Assembly: GCA_951406725.2 (NCBI GenBank)
Contig: OX597832.1
Location: forward strand, 23,064,001-23,128,000
Direction of reading: 5' to 3'
Length of the DNA: 64,000 bases
DNA from: Octopus vulgaris
Lineage: Eukaryota
Part shown: positions 1 to 14,409 of the stretch, piece after piece
Layout: each line of letters opens with the position of its first letter
How positions within the stretch are numbered: the first letter of the stretch is position 1
Made by a program: the position numbers and the translations under genes
Notes under the pieces: model-generated
What the model saw: the letters and a program-made list of their open reading frames with translations, nothing else
What the model was told of the DNA's origin: nothing
Databases searched by the model: none

Positions 1-462
1 AGTCGAAAGGTAAGCTACTATAATTTGGCATGAACTTTCCGGACAATCCAATACATCTGGTGAATTTGAAATGACCATAACTGGCGTATATTCGTTTTAT
101 ATTTGCTCTATTTGACTTAAGCAAGAGCTAAACCTCAAGACAACAGCAACCACAATGAGATAAAGAATTTTACATTCAGTTGTCTCACGCTACACGCCTT
201 ACAATTTCTGTAAGTGTATAAAATTCTCTGCAAAACAAATTTCTATAACAATAGCGAAAACTATTTTCTTTTCAGTTTGACAGGAACCGTGGCAGAAATT
301 CTCGGCCTTTGATCCACTTTTCTGACTTTCTTCCGATTAAAAGTATAGAATAAAATGTATCAATGTTTTCACAAACTTCCTGAACATCCTACGGAAATTT
401 CGTGAATGACAGCCTGCGGAATAACGCAAGAAATGGTATTGTGCCACAAGAACAAGATCCAA

Positions 463-879
463 TTCTCTCTTTCTCTTTTACTCTTCTACATGTTTCAGTC
501 GTTTGACTGCGGCCATGCTGGAGCACCGCCTTTAGTTGAGCAAATCGACCCCAGGACTTATTCTTTGTAAGCCTAGTACTTATTCTATCGGTCTCTTTTG
601 CCGAACCGCTAAGTTACGAGGACGTAAACATATCAACATCGGTCGTCAAGCGATGGTGGGTGAACAAACACAGACACACAAACATATACGCACACATACA
701 TATATATACATATATACGACGGGCTTCTTTCAGTTTCCGTCAACCAAATTCTGTCACAAGGCTTTTATCGGCCCGAGGCTATAGCAGAAAATACTTGCCC
801 GAAGTGCCTCGCAATGGGACTAAACCCGGAAGCATGTGGCTGGTAAGCAAGCTACTTACCACACAGCCACTCCTGCGCC
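463..879 (-). mobile_element. tRNA-headed SINE family A, full length
   Basis: Reverse complement starts GGCGCAGGAGTGGCTGTGTGGTAAG (A-box-like), has a B-box-like GTTTAGTCCC, then CTTCGGGCAAGT (CORE-like), an internal (AT)/(GT) tract and an AAAGAG-type tail. It is near-identical to at least 7 other copies in the window. Confidence 0.9.
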
Positions 880-1344
880 TATAAACTATGTTATCCTGGG
901 TGGGTTTGAACTCAAATCGCAGAGAGTCGAGACGCTTAAATTACTGTCACTTCACCGTCTAGAAGCACTATTGTTTGATCCACAATACTACAATTGTAGA
1001 TATGTTCTAAAGATTTATTCCGCACCAGTTGGTTACAAACGAGAGAAGGAACTTCTACCAAATTTCGGTGCTTCTTTCCATCACGAAAAAAAGAAAACAT
1101 ATAAATACACCGGAAATTCTTATTACGAACTTTCAAACTATCTTTGTCTTCAGACAGACTTCAAAGAAAAAAACCGGAAACGATGCTTTCTTGAAACAGA
1201 ATACTTCCTACGAAATGCATCGAAGATAACATAATTATATTTTCTTCTTGTACAACATAATATTACCAAAACTGTAAGATTTGGAATTGATAAACAGCCC
1301 ACATTGTTGTACACTAAAAGTACAATGCTATTAACATAACGAAT

Positions 1345-1963
1345 ACCATCGCCGTAGACAACATCCTCATCATCATCATCATCATCATCATCATCGTCAT
1401 CATCATCATCACGATCATGCCCCTTATAATCATTATCGCTACCATTATCATCATTTTAAACAACGTCATCATCATCCTCCTCCTCATCATCATCATCATC
1501 ATCATCACCATCATCATAATCATCACCACCACCACCACTATGATCATCATCATCGTCATCGTCGTCGTCGTCGTCATCATCATCATAAACATAGGATTTA
1601 TACTCTAGGGCTTTGTTACCGTCGTCTCCATCGTCATCACTATCCCCCTTCGACTCTCTCTCCTCTCCCTCATCATCAGCATAATCCTTATCACCATTAC
1701 CATCATCATCATCACCATCTACATCGTCATCATTATCATCATAATCCTTATCACCACTACCATCGTCATCATCATCATCGTCATCATCAGCCTCATCATC
1801 ATCATCATCATAATCCTTATCACCACTACCATCGTCATCATCATCATCATCAGCCTCATCATCATCATCATCATAATCCTTATCACCACTACCATCGTCA
1901 TCATCATCATCATCATCAGCTTCATCATCATCATCATCATAATCCTTATCACCACTACCATCG

Positions 1964-2000
<37 letters not shown>

Positions 2001-2100
2001 AATCCTTATCACCACTACCATCGTCATCATCATCATCATCATCAGCCTCATCATCATCATCATCATCATCATCATAATCATAATCCTTATCCTCACTACC

Positions 2101-2132
<32 letters not shown>

Positions 2133-2450
2133 CATCAATCCTTATCACCACTACCATCACCATCTACATCATCATCATCATCATCATAATGTTTATTACC
2201 ACTACCATCGTTATCACCATCACCATCTACGTCATCATCATCACCATCAGCAGCAGCAGCATTATCATCGGCATCTTCCTTGTCGTCATCTCACCGTTAT
2301 CACAATCGTCGTTGCCGTCGTCTTCCATGACGTCGTTGTCGCCGTCAATCAACGTCGACATCATCACCACCACCATCCTCATCACCACCGCCAGCATCAT
2401 CATTATCATCAACATCGTCGTCGTCGTCGTCATCAATATGTTCAGCATCC
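1345..2450. repeat. (ATC)n-derived low-complexity tract with ~60-bp higher-order repeat (1680-2160)
   Basis: ATAATCCTTATCACCACTACCATCGTCATC recurs about 8 times, separated by variable (ATC)n. Confidence 0.9.
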
Positions 2451-2831
2451 TCATAGGTCATTCTACTGCATCAGACTTAAATTTACAACAAATAAATAAA
2501 ATAATAACGGCGTAAGTAAATGGACAAAAAACAAAATGACTCGAGTTCTCGTAGTCTCTATTCAAAAAAGCATAAATGTCGAATGCTTTTAGTTTTCCTT
2601 CAATTAACTATCGCGAAATCTACTTCGACATTTTGATCGATAGTTTTAAAGTTATCTCCATCAGATGATCAATCTTTAAGACACGCTTTGTGTGAAGGAA
2701 GTGCGTTCTCTTCTTGGTAATTCTAGTAAATATTTCTCTTTGGATTTTTCACTACATGCAAAAGTCAATGATATTTAGCGTATGCGCCGTTTGAATTCGT
2801 TGTTTATCAAAGCTGAATATGTATATACATA

Positions 2832-3168
2832 GGCGTAGGAGTGGCTGTGTGGTAAGTAGCTTGCTTACCAACCACATGGTTCCGGGCTCAGTCCCACTGC
2901 GTGGCACCTTGGGCAAGTGTCTTCTACTATAGCCTCGGGCCAACCAAAGCCTTGTAAGGGGATTCGCTAGAGGGAAACTGAAAGAAGCCCGTCCTATATA
3001 TGTATGTATATGTATGTGTGTGTATATGTTTGTGTGTCTGTGTTTGTTCCCCCCCCCCCACTACCATCGCTTGACAACCGATGGTGGTGTGTTTACGTCC
3101 CCGTAACTTAGCAGTTCGGCAAAAGAGACCGATAGAATAAGTACTAGGCTTACAAAGAATAAGCCCTG
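2832..3168 (+). mobile_element. SINE family A, 3'-truncated
   Basis: GGCGTAGGAGTGGCTGTGTGGTAAG head, CACCTTGGGCAAGTG; ends at ACAAAGAATAAGCCCTG. Confidence 0.88.
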
Positions 3169-3220
3169 AACATATACCTGCATAAGCATATATCTAATAT
3201 ATACTATATATGAATATAAG

Positions 3221-3270
<50 letters not shown>

Positions 3271-3559
3271 ATACATACATACATAAATGTATGCGTGTGT
3301 GTTTGTTTGTCCATGCGTGTGCGCGCGTGTGTATGTGTGTGAATGTTTCGTTCTTTGCTTATCTTTGTTTATGGTCTAATGCATTGTGTCATTGATAACG
3401 CCGTTGATAATTCGCATAACAGGTGTGTATATAAGAAGCCCAAAAACCTCAATTTGCCCAACGAGCATCACTGCATAAAATACTTGCAAAACCCAATATG
3501 AAACTTTACATTCCGCGCCCAATTCAAAGCCTTCTAACACGTTGCTCCAAATTGCAGGT

Positions 3560-4126
3560 CTGAATATTGCGAACTGTTTTTAAGTCAAGGGAGCCAAGTT
3601 TGTAAGTCAGAGGAAGCCAAGAAATATTGAAGATCTTTGGCATTTCATTATTGAAGCATTTGCTATCCTTGATCCAGATTTGTGACCCAAAGTTTGTCAC
3701 AATGTGCTTTCATTTTGTCGAGAACGCATTGAAGCTAATTGCTTAAAATTTGAACATTTATCATAAATGTAGTAAATGAAATTGATTGCATATATTGTTA
3801 CAATATTTGCTTATGTAACGCATATATTTTCTGAAAATCTTTTTACTCTAGCCATTGCACATGCAAGTTCTACCAGTCAAAAACTCCGCATACCGGAAAC
3901 CAACAAGTGTATGGAGTCACTAGGAGAGAATGCGCGCCGTTTCGGGGCCTACCTCTCGACGGCATCAATGCGCACCGCCCCCCTCACTAATATGAGGCCC
4001 GCTTGCTAGATCAACTGGTTATCAAATAGAGCTCAATATTCTTCTAGTCATCGCTCATCGTCTCTTTTACAAATAACTGCATAGAAATTACAAATAACTG
4101 CATAGTAATTTTACGGACACCCCGTA
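3560..4126 (+). mobile_element. Decayed Tc1/mariner-superfamily DNA transposon, 3' part with right TIR
   Basis: 3608-3766 translates QRKPRNIEDLWHFIIEAFAILDPDL*PKVCHNVLSFCRERIEANCLKFEHLS*, a mariner-like C-terminus ending FEHL. The element ends GGACACCCCGTA-TA (reverse complement TA-TACGGGGTGTCC), a typical TIR end. Left boundary is uncertain. Confidence 0.7.
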
Positions 4127-4149
4127 TACGTTGGGTATCACCTTGAAGA

Positions 4150-4510
4150 CGTTTAGTCGAATGAATCACCCCTCAGTACTTAATTCTGTTAAGCCTGACA
4201 CGTATTCTCCCCGATCTTTTGCCGAATCACTCGTTCGCTGTATGTGCAAATACTTGTGCAGTTGCACATGCAACCACGTGCAGCTGAAACACGTGTAGGC
4301 CAGAACATCCATAAAAGTATGATGTATGAAATTATGCAGTAAGAACAAATAAAACTTGAGGACGAACATGCCCCTATATTCTATATCGTCACGATTATTC
4401 AGGGCTAGAGTAGGAGGGGGATCTCCTCAGGTGTGGCGTAGTGTGTCTGGATCCGAAACCACAACACTGAGAAAGTGTCTTGAAAAGCACGCAACTATTT
4501 CCGCTTCCAT
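4150..4510 (-). mobile_element. Diverged SINE family A variant with a different central segment
   Basis: Inverted homolog of 7278-7615; the head and 3' block resemble family A. Confidence 0.65.
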
Positions 4511-4897
4511 GAGTACGAACCGCACTTGAATGGCACGAAGAGAACATTTTTGTTCAGTCGATTCTATTTCTCTATTACACAACGCCACTGTTTGCAAGAG
4601 AACTAAAATCAAAAGTCTGTTCAAAAATGTCAATTCTTCACAATTTCGTCATCTTGTATAACAGGAACTGCCAATTGTAGCCATTCATTTGAAATGAAGC
4701 ATAATTTATGTTGCTATTTCTATTCATTCATAGAGAAACTCTATGTAAAATCTATATTTATGTCCGGCTTGCATTCAAATCGAAAATCTTACGTGTGTTT
4801 GCTTTAGTGCATGCTGTTCATATGTTCGCTCACAAAAGCATGCCAGTATTTCATGTGCTTGTGTCGACATGTGTGCATGCAGCTCATTCACCTGCAT

Positions 4898-5735
<838 letters not shown>

Positions 5736-5799
5736 GTGAGCGAGGAATGTTTTGTGTTTATTCAGTCTATTTCATAATACGTAACAATGGTTAACCAGT

Positions 5800-5908
5800 A
5801 CAGTCATGGTTTTCGTTCATGAGGAGGTCACTTTCACACGGAGTTGCTTCGTGTTCAATCCCACAGCGCGGCACGTTGGGCGATTGTCTTCCTTTATAGC
5901 TTGGGGCA
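5800..5908 (+). mobile_element. Degenerate SINE family A head fragment
   Basis: GTTCAATCCCACAGCGCGGCACGTTGGGCGATTGTCTTCCTTTATAGC matches the family A B-box/CORE-like region. Confidence 0.55.
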
Positions 5909-7277
5909 CATAAGTGCATACTGAGTGCATGTAATTAACCGGAAAATGTGTGGAAACGCGTCGCAAATATATATACATATATACATATATGTGGCACAGA
6001 TGTTTGCGGACGGTGAATATAGGAAAATTCCACTGATCATGGTTCGAATTTCAACTATGATTTTCAACCGAGTAAACAGGCAGAGACGTAGTGAATGTTT
6101 TGAAATTTGGTCGTTATGTTAGTACGCTTGAGAATGCACGTGAGAACACACGAATCACATTCAGTATTTTTCTTTGGATTCCATCTGCAGTGGTGCCAAT
6201 CCAATTTCTCCAAACATTATCAATTGTGAGGATATTAAAACGAACCTATTACACCAACTGATTTCTGTTATGACTTAGAAACATCACCATAGTTGTTGCG
6301 TCTTGATTCGTTAATATCTCAATTTATCAAAATACTAAATTCTTGCCGTTTGATATTATAAATTAGTTCCCTTTAATAACCATATTCTTGCTTGTTGAGA
6401 CTCTCAATACCACGAAATAATCTAGACCAATCTCGAATTGCGATCGTTTTGCAAGACAACAAATGTATATTTAAGCTTTTGATCAGTTTTGTGAATAAAA
6501 ATAATCTTCGACAATGCGTTTGATGATCGGATGGTGGCTAATCATAAAACGGAATTGGATTGCGTTCGCTATTACATAAAATCCACCGAGAATTTCCTGT
6601 TACACAGAGTATCTGTTAATATAGACTGCAAAGGGGAAGTAAAAATTAGCGACGGTGTCAGGTTGTTAAGAAATGAATTTGTCAGCTCTATCATTATTGA
6701 TTTCCTACATGCATCTCTTAATTGTACAAACGGTCTCTACCGAACTTTTAGTACAGAAAACGAGACGTTAATTTACATAAATAGCTTATCCAGTCATCTT
6801 ACAAATATACTAAGAAGTTGATTAGGAATACATCACTAAGATTATTTAGTATTTTAGAGTGACAAAGCATTGTTAACTTCATTATAACGAGGCCTCAGTA
6901 AGAAATGTATCCACATAAAAAAATAATACATATTTCAACTTGTAATAGAGTAAAGAATATTAGTAATAGATATAAAATATTAAAAAAAAGCCTCCGCACA
7001 ACTGAAAAGTAGAAATTCCGGTTGCCCAGTTATTGATTCAAACATCCTCCCACAATTACTACTATACAAATATTTATGAAAGCATCTATAAGAAATTTAC
7101 GCTCATTATCGCTTCCTTTCGTAGCAAAGTAACTAGAAGATATAATATACCAGAATTTGTAACTGTACTAACTATTGTCATTGAACTCTTCACTAGAATT
7201 ACTTACGTGAAGTTATAGTGTGTAGGTGCTGCTTTAGATAAACTCTAGTCTGTTGTAAGGCACGGGTTCGTAAGTAT

Positions 7278-7615
7278 GGAGGCAGAAGTATTTGCGTGAT
7301 TCGCAAGACACTTTCGCAGTGTTGTGGCTTCGGATTCAGCCCCATTATGCCACACCTGGTGAAATCCTCTTCTACTCTAGCCCCGAATAATCGTAACGAT
7401 CTAGAATATAGAGACTTGTTCAGCCTCAAGATTTGTTTATTCTTATTGTATAATTTCATACAGCATACCTTTTATGAAGGATTCTGACCTACATGTGTTT
7501 CCCCTGCACGTGGTTGCATGTGCAACTGCACAGGCATTTGCATATACAACGAACTAGTGATTAGGCAAAAGCATCGGGAGAATGCGTGTCAGGCCTCTCA
7601 AGAATAGATACGAAC
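7278..7615 (+). mobile_element. Diverged SINE family A variant with a different central segment
   Basis: Inverted homolog of 4150-4510, sharing CTGCACGTGGTTGCATGTGCAACTGCACA. Confidence 0.65.
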
Positions 7616-8094
7616 AACTCGCACACTCTTTCTGGAATCCACCAAAAAAATATACGACTATGGTATTGGGTCTCACACTGGAACATAAAGTTAGAAATAT
7701 TATACTTGCTGCTGTTATCGCTAATGGTATCCTCATTTGTAGAGAAAGGAAAATTATTTAACTTTACTTCGTCATTTATAAAGGACAGGGATGAGATACA
7801 ATCAATCGAACAGGCACCTTTGTCTTTTGCGGATAATACATTTTGATGACTCGAAAAGAATGAAGGCAAAAACAAAATTCTTACAATACATTTCTCGAGA
7901 AAATTGTTGAATTTGAAATGCTGTTTCCTGAATGTCAACTTTCGATTCTCAGTTCCTTCTGGATCATTGGAATTCAACTCGAGATTATTTTGTCTTCGTG
8001 CTATGTAGCTAGAGAAATTTGTTAGGACCTAATTCTTTTGGTGTTTATAACCATTGTAAAATATCTAGCAACGAATACGAAACGTTCATTAGTT

Positions 8095-8410
8095 AGGCAC
8101 AAGTATGACCGTTTTGTTAAGGCGCTCGTTTCGCAACCACTTCGCATGTGGTTCAGTCCGACTATGTGGGGCTTTGGGGAAGTGTCTTCCACTGTGGCCC
8201 ATGTGGCCTACCAATTCTTTTTGAATAAATTTGGAAGAGGGAAACTAGATGCAAGCCCGTATTACATGTAGATATATGTATGTGCGTGTCCGTCCCCCAC
8301 TAACGTTTTACTTGATGTTGTTTCCTTTACATCTGTGTAACCTAGTGGTTTGGGAAAAGATATCGATATAAGCAGCATTGGATTTTTTAAAAAAGGGTGC
8401 TGGAATCGAT
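8095..8410 (+). mobile_element. Old, diverged SINE family A copy
   Basis: GGTTCAGTCC...TTTGGGGAAGTGTCTTCCACTGTGGCC...GGAAACTAGATGCAAGCCCGT is colinear with family A. Confidence 0.65.
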
Positions 8411-9239
8411 GAAAATAATTAACCAATGCTCTTATTTTAGTCTTCATACTGTGTCATGGTCCCCTTTACTAATTCAAACGACAACTTTTCGAACTGGGAA
8501 TACCGAAATGTATGTCATATCTTCCGATTTGAAAAATAAAACCAGTTGCCGACACGGGAATATTGCATTGCTTTCCTCGCGGTTTCTATTCCAATTTCAT
8601 TAAATTTTCAAAATTGTGAAAGCGAACCAAGGTTTTTCGCTCGTGACTGCGTCTTTGAATATTAGCAATCACTTTCGAGGAAATATCTGCAGAAAATCGT
8701 TGGATCGATTACAGATACTTCGAAACACTTGATAGGAGCGAATTTCATTTTATCCCTGATGTATTTAGTATAATGCATTCTTCCAGAATAGATTCACTTA
8801 TGTGGATTGATATTAATTTCACCCGTGATCTGTTTTCCATCCAAATGGATCGCACACAAGGCATAATAGGCAAATCCGTGATGGCATCGATAATGCTATA
8901 CAAAACCTTAAACGCTTGGCGGAAAATCAAAGAAGTGTTACTTCATGTACCTGGTTTTCATTCATATTGCATTGTTCCTCAATTGTTTGCAAGTAAATAT
9001 AATAATTACAATTGACTCATTAAGGTCTCCAAATAGCAAACGAAGTGTAGCGTGGACGCGTGGATGCCTCTTTGTATTCTGAGAATCGCTGAATATAAAT
9101 AAGTTGCACAGATCTTTCTTACACTGTCTGCTCTACATCTTTCAGCAGAGTGAAAAGTTGTTGCGCATTATAGATTAATGTAATCCATTGCGTTTGCGAT
9201 TGTTGTTCTTATTTATCTAGGTTTAATCAGAATTTATGT

Positions 9240-9640
9240 TCCTCACTCTCTCTCCTACCTTCCTCTCTCTCTATATATATAGATATCTATATCCCTCTCT
9301 GTGTGTTTCCCGCCGTTTCTTACACTTTTCTTGTCTTTCAAAGTCCCATACTTTTACCTCTCTCTCAGCCTCTCGTTCACTTTTCTCTTCTCTTACCCTC
9401 TAATTTTTCTTTCTCCTCTTTCTCTCTCTTATTCTCTTTTTGTTCTTCTCTCATTCTATCATTCCTATGTCCTCTCTCTCACCAACTCACACTCTTTTCC
9501 TCTCTCTCACTCTCTCATTCCCATTTCTTTCTCACCATCTCATTTTCCTTTCCCCATCTCTCTCTCTCTCACCCTATAGTTCTCTTTTCCTCTCGCTCAC
9601 CCTCTCACTTTCGTTTCCTCTCTCTCACCCTCTCGTTCTC

Positions 9641-9676
<36 letters not shown>

Positions 9677-9700
9677 TCTCATTCTCCTCCCCCCCTGCTC
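9240..9700. repeat. CT-rich low-complexity tract
   Basis: Direct observation. Confidence 0.85.
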
Positions 9701-9905
9701 TATACCTATCAATATCTCGCTCAAAGATATACGCAAAGAAAAGTGATCTGACCATTGTTAACACTAAAACCATAACGACACACACTTTCCAATTGTGCAA
9801 TTTCCCGAACCGTCAAAACCCTTTCCATAAAACCAACAATTTACTTATTACGTACGTAAACTATTTTAAGTTCCCCTTCTTCCTCATTCTATCTTTGTCC
9901 ACCCA

Positions 9906-9946
<41 letters not shown>

Positions 9947-10312
9947 AATCAATATATTCCCTTATACTCCATATTCCTGCAAATCTAACCGAAACGAGAG
10001 TAGATATGTTTTGTATTTATGTTTCGATCGAACCTAATTTTCTGTAAAACATTAGGCCTCCATTCTAAACAATATTGCTCCATATATTGGTTTGCGTTTC
10101 TACCTAAAAGCAATATAAAATGGAAATTATGCGATGCGGTACGAAACTTAACACTACATCTCTTTCCTAGAATGTAACTAATACTTAACTACTAATGCGA
10201 TCTATCCCGAAGAGAGGCCAAGCGAATTTGACTTCTGGGGGATTTACAGGGTAAACCAATTTTTTCAAGGCATATCACAGGTCTGTCTCATGTTTCATTT
10301 AACTAATCGAAA

Positions 10313-10690
<378 letters not shown>

Positions 10691-10703
10691 GAGACAGATA
10701 GAC

Positions 10704-10758
<55 letters not shown>

Positions 10759-10887
10759 CAGAAAGACAGATAGATAGACGGACAGACAGACAGATAGTGA
10801 GAGACATACATTTATATATATAAATATATATATATAAATACATATATATATATACATACACATATATATACATATATATATACACAC

Positions 10888-10924
<37 letters not shown>

Positions 10925-11317
10925 TGAATATGTATATACATATACATCTATATGACTATGTAAATGTTTAAATATAATTATATATAAGTATGTGTACGCA
11001 CGCACACACACACGTATATGTGTGTGTGCGTGCGTATATATATATGTACGTGGGTATGTATGCATATACGTATATTTATACATAGATACACATAGATTGA
11101 GCGAATCTTACATAAATGTGAAAAATCAATACAGATTTATAGATATTTATAGATATTTATCGTATATACCAAATGTTCATACACATGCTTGTGTGGTTAT
11201 GCACATACATATATAGCCATCCATATATACATGTTTGTGAGCGTGTATGTATATACACACATATATAGCATACATATATATTTATGTGTGTGTGTGCAAA
11301 AGCACACGCACGTGCAT

Positions 11318-11535
11318 TCTCTTTTCTTTTATTCTTTTACTTTTTTCTGCCATTTTACTGAGGCCATGCTGGAGCAGCACTTTTAGTCGAACAAATCGAA
11401 ACCAGGACATATTATTTGTAAGCATAGTATTTATTCTATTAAAACCTGTTGCCGTACCGCTAAGTGACGGGGACGTAGACACATCGACATCGGTTCACAA
11501 GCGCGATTGTGACGGGAGAAACAGATACAGATAAC
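11318..11535 (-). mobile_element. SINE family A 3' half
   Basis: GGCCATGCTGGAGCA...TAAGTGACGGGGACGTA; the head is absent. Confidence 0.8.
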
Positions 11536-11616
11536 AAACACACACATAAATATATATATATACGTATATGTATGTATGTATTTATGTATGTATGTATCTA
11601 TCTATCTTTCTATCTA

Positions 11617-11669
<53 letters not shown>

Positions 11670-11689
11670 TTGTGTGTGTATGTGTGTAT

Positions 11690-11885
11690 ATGTTTATTTG
11701 TCTGTTTGTCCCTCCAGCATCGCTTGACAACCGATGCTGGTGTGTTTACGCCCCTCTAACTTAGCGGTTCGATAGAATAGTACTAGGCTTACAAAGAATA
11801 AATCCTGGGATCGATATGCTCGATAAAGGCGGCGTTCCAGCATGACCGCAGTCAAATGACTGAAACAATGAAAGAATAAAAGTGT
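11690..11885 (+). mobile_element. SINE family A 3' half
   Basis: CATCGCTTGACAACCGATGCTGGTGTGTTTACG...GCAGTCAAATGACTGAAACAA; the head is absent. Confidence 0.85.
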
Positions 11886-12052
11886 AGGAGTATATATACA
11901 GACACATACATGCGTACACATATATGTACATGTATAGTTCACACATACACATGTAAATATATATGTATACATACTTTCACATATACTTATGAAAACTAAC
12001 CCTTCACTAACACCTTCTGGAACAATCCTATTCTATTATTAAATTAAAAACT

Positions 12053-12302
12053 TGAGGAATTATGTACATTATTTACATTATTTACCTTATTTCCATTCGA
12101 CGGATATTTGTCCTTATCTTGTTTGTTATTAACACAACGTTTCGGCTGATATACCTTCCAGCCTCTCCAGGTGTCTCGAAATTTCCCCCAGATACTCGAA
12201 GAAGGCTGGAGGGTATATCAGCCGAAACGTTGTGTTAACAACAAACAAGATGAGGACAAAATTTCCGTCGAATGTAAACAATGTCAATAATGTAAATAAC
12301 AT
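12053..12302. mobile_element. Palindromic PLE-derived element with two inverted minimal hammerhead motifs
   Basis: Inverted arms of about 100 bp. Each arm contains GA(C/T)AC-core-GGCTG-loop-CAGCC-GAAA-CG-TT-GTGTT. A single-arm copy lies at 39700-39815. Confidence 0.75.
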
Positions 12303-12705
12303 ATCTAACGTGTCAGTTCTTGTAATTGACTGTATGAAAACAGCTTTCTATTTCTCATACTTAATGCGCAGTCACTGTCAATACGCCTGTTACCGTGCTA
12401 TTTCTCCTGATACATCTCCTGTGGGTTTGATGCGTTGATAACAATGAAGTACCAGGTGAAGAGGAAAATCCGCCCCAGCCTTGACCAGAAGCAACATTAG
12501 ATACCTCTCAATGATTGTGGTCGTGTACTCGCTTCCACCTACATACTTGGAGGAGAATTCATCGGCTCTGATACATGCAAGAGGCTATTCGATGATATTA
12601 CGAATAGCCACATAGCTGATTAGATTTCTAGTATACGCAATTGGAGCAGTATTTAATTAAATTAATCATCCATATATTACAGCTAAATTATACAAACTGC
12701 TGATT

Positions 12706-13096
12706 GGCGTAGGAGTGGCTGTCTGGTAATTAGCTTGCTTACTAACCACATGGTTCCGGGTTCAGTCACACTACGTGGCACCTTGGTCAAGTGTCTTCTA
12801 TTATAGCCTTGGGGTCAACCAAAGTGGATTTGGGAGACGGGAACTGAAAAAAGCCCGTCGTATATATGTATATATATATATGTGTGTATATGTGTTTGTG
12901 TGTCTGTGTTTGTCCCCCCAATATCGCTTGAAAACCGATGCTGGTGTGTTTACGTCCCCGTAACTAAGTTCGGCAAACTAGACAGATAGGCTTAAAACGA
13001 ATAAGTCCTGTGGTCGATTTGCTCGACTATAGGTGGTGCTCCAGCATGGCCATAGGCAAATGACTGAAACAAGTCAAAGAGTAAAAGAGTAAAGAG
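12706..13096 (+). mobile_element. SINE family A, full length
   Basis: GGCGTAGGAGTGGCT head to AAAGAGTAAAAGAGTAAAGAG tail. Confidence 0.9.
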
Positions 13097-14057
13097 TATA
13101 AGCCAGTTTGCTTCGGTAATTGTCTCAAAGTAACTTCGCTTATGAATTGACTGTGTTAAAAACACAATAAATATTACAGAAAGACACGAATTTGTCCCAC
13201 CCTCGGCCAGCGAGAACGCCAGGTACATTTCAGCCTTTTAGAACCATTCAATGGTGTATGCTCACAACCAACGACATTTGCCGACCAGAATATGTTGCTT
13301 CTAATATAGTTAAAAGTAAATAAATCATTCACATTGAAAGTTCAATTTCCGCAGAGCTAATCTTTGTCGTATCTGTTTCCAGGAATTTTTGTCTTTCCAG
13401 GAATCGATAAGTCAAGTCGAGAATCTATTTAAGCGACCAATTTTCACTACGTTACAGAAGGACGAGTTAATTATAAAGCTCTGATTTAGAGTAACTATGT
13501 TTAGTTACGTTTACCGCTTACATTCTGTAATTTAATATCTTGATATCGATATTGGTTTTCATATTTCCAGGCATACTAAAATAAGTAAATGAATATATAA
13601 TTAGATTGATTAATGAGCAATATATTCTAACACAATATATGGCTAAGATCCAAAATTATTAATAGGTAATAAATTATTTATATTTATAGTTTGTTAAATA
13701 ATTTTATTCTTGTATATCAAACATTTTCGTTTTATTTTTGTGCACATATATATATAATCAGCTATGATATTTTAAAATTCAGAAATAACTACAGCTTACA
13801 ACTTGTGAATAAAACTGATTGTATAAAATATAAAATATATTTCTTTGCGAGTATAAATAGAACATTTCAAATGAATAACCAAAGCTTCTCGATAATAACA
13901 AGCATAAAACGGAGTTTGACAATAGTTTTGCGATAATTTCAAAAGGTTTCATTGTGTTTGAAGAAAGTTATATAAAAATCCTTTTGAAGTATTTTATTGA
14001 ATGGAATTAAATATGCGTTGGCATATCACGTAAAAATGTGCGAACAAAAGATGATAT

Positions 14058-14232
14058 GAGGGGTATTTCAGCATGCTAGAAATAGCAACTAAATATGCCA
14101 CCAAACTACAGTACTTGCTTTAGAAGGATAAGGATTACGTTGGATGATGTTATTTGGATCTAATGTATCGAATTAGGAACCATGATGACCAAGACTAAAA
14201 AGCTTCTGATCATAGGAATAAATAACAACAGG
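14058..14232 (+). mobile_element. Diverged dispersed repeat family E (SINE-like 3' part)
   Basis: CATGCTAGAAATAGC...AAGGA...GATGT...GATCATAGG...AACAAC; related to 32960-33150 and, inverted, 42866-43020. Confidence 0.5.
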
Positions 14233-14244
14233 GCAAGAATGAAC

Positions 14245-14290
<46 letters not shown>

Positions 14291-14409
14291 TTGTCTGTCT
14301 GTCAATCTATCTATCTTTCTATCTATCTATCTATCTATTTATCTATCTATCGAAAACCTACGCCACCTTTTTTTTGTTTCTTTTGTTTTTTCGTTTTTTG
14401 TTTTTTTCA

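Noticed and set aside
1-353. Possible donor at position 10 and terminal exon from 276
   Set aside because: Too little sequence context, several alternative short frames, and no recognisable peptide.
536-884. Recurrent ORFs such as [12 protein letters not shown]...TTQPLLRL
   Set aside because: They are antisense translations of SINE family A.
12405-12590. Ankyrin-like LLVKAGADFPLHLV on the minus strand
   Set aside because: Spacing is wrong for an ankyrin repeat, it is bounded by stops, and splice sites are weak.
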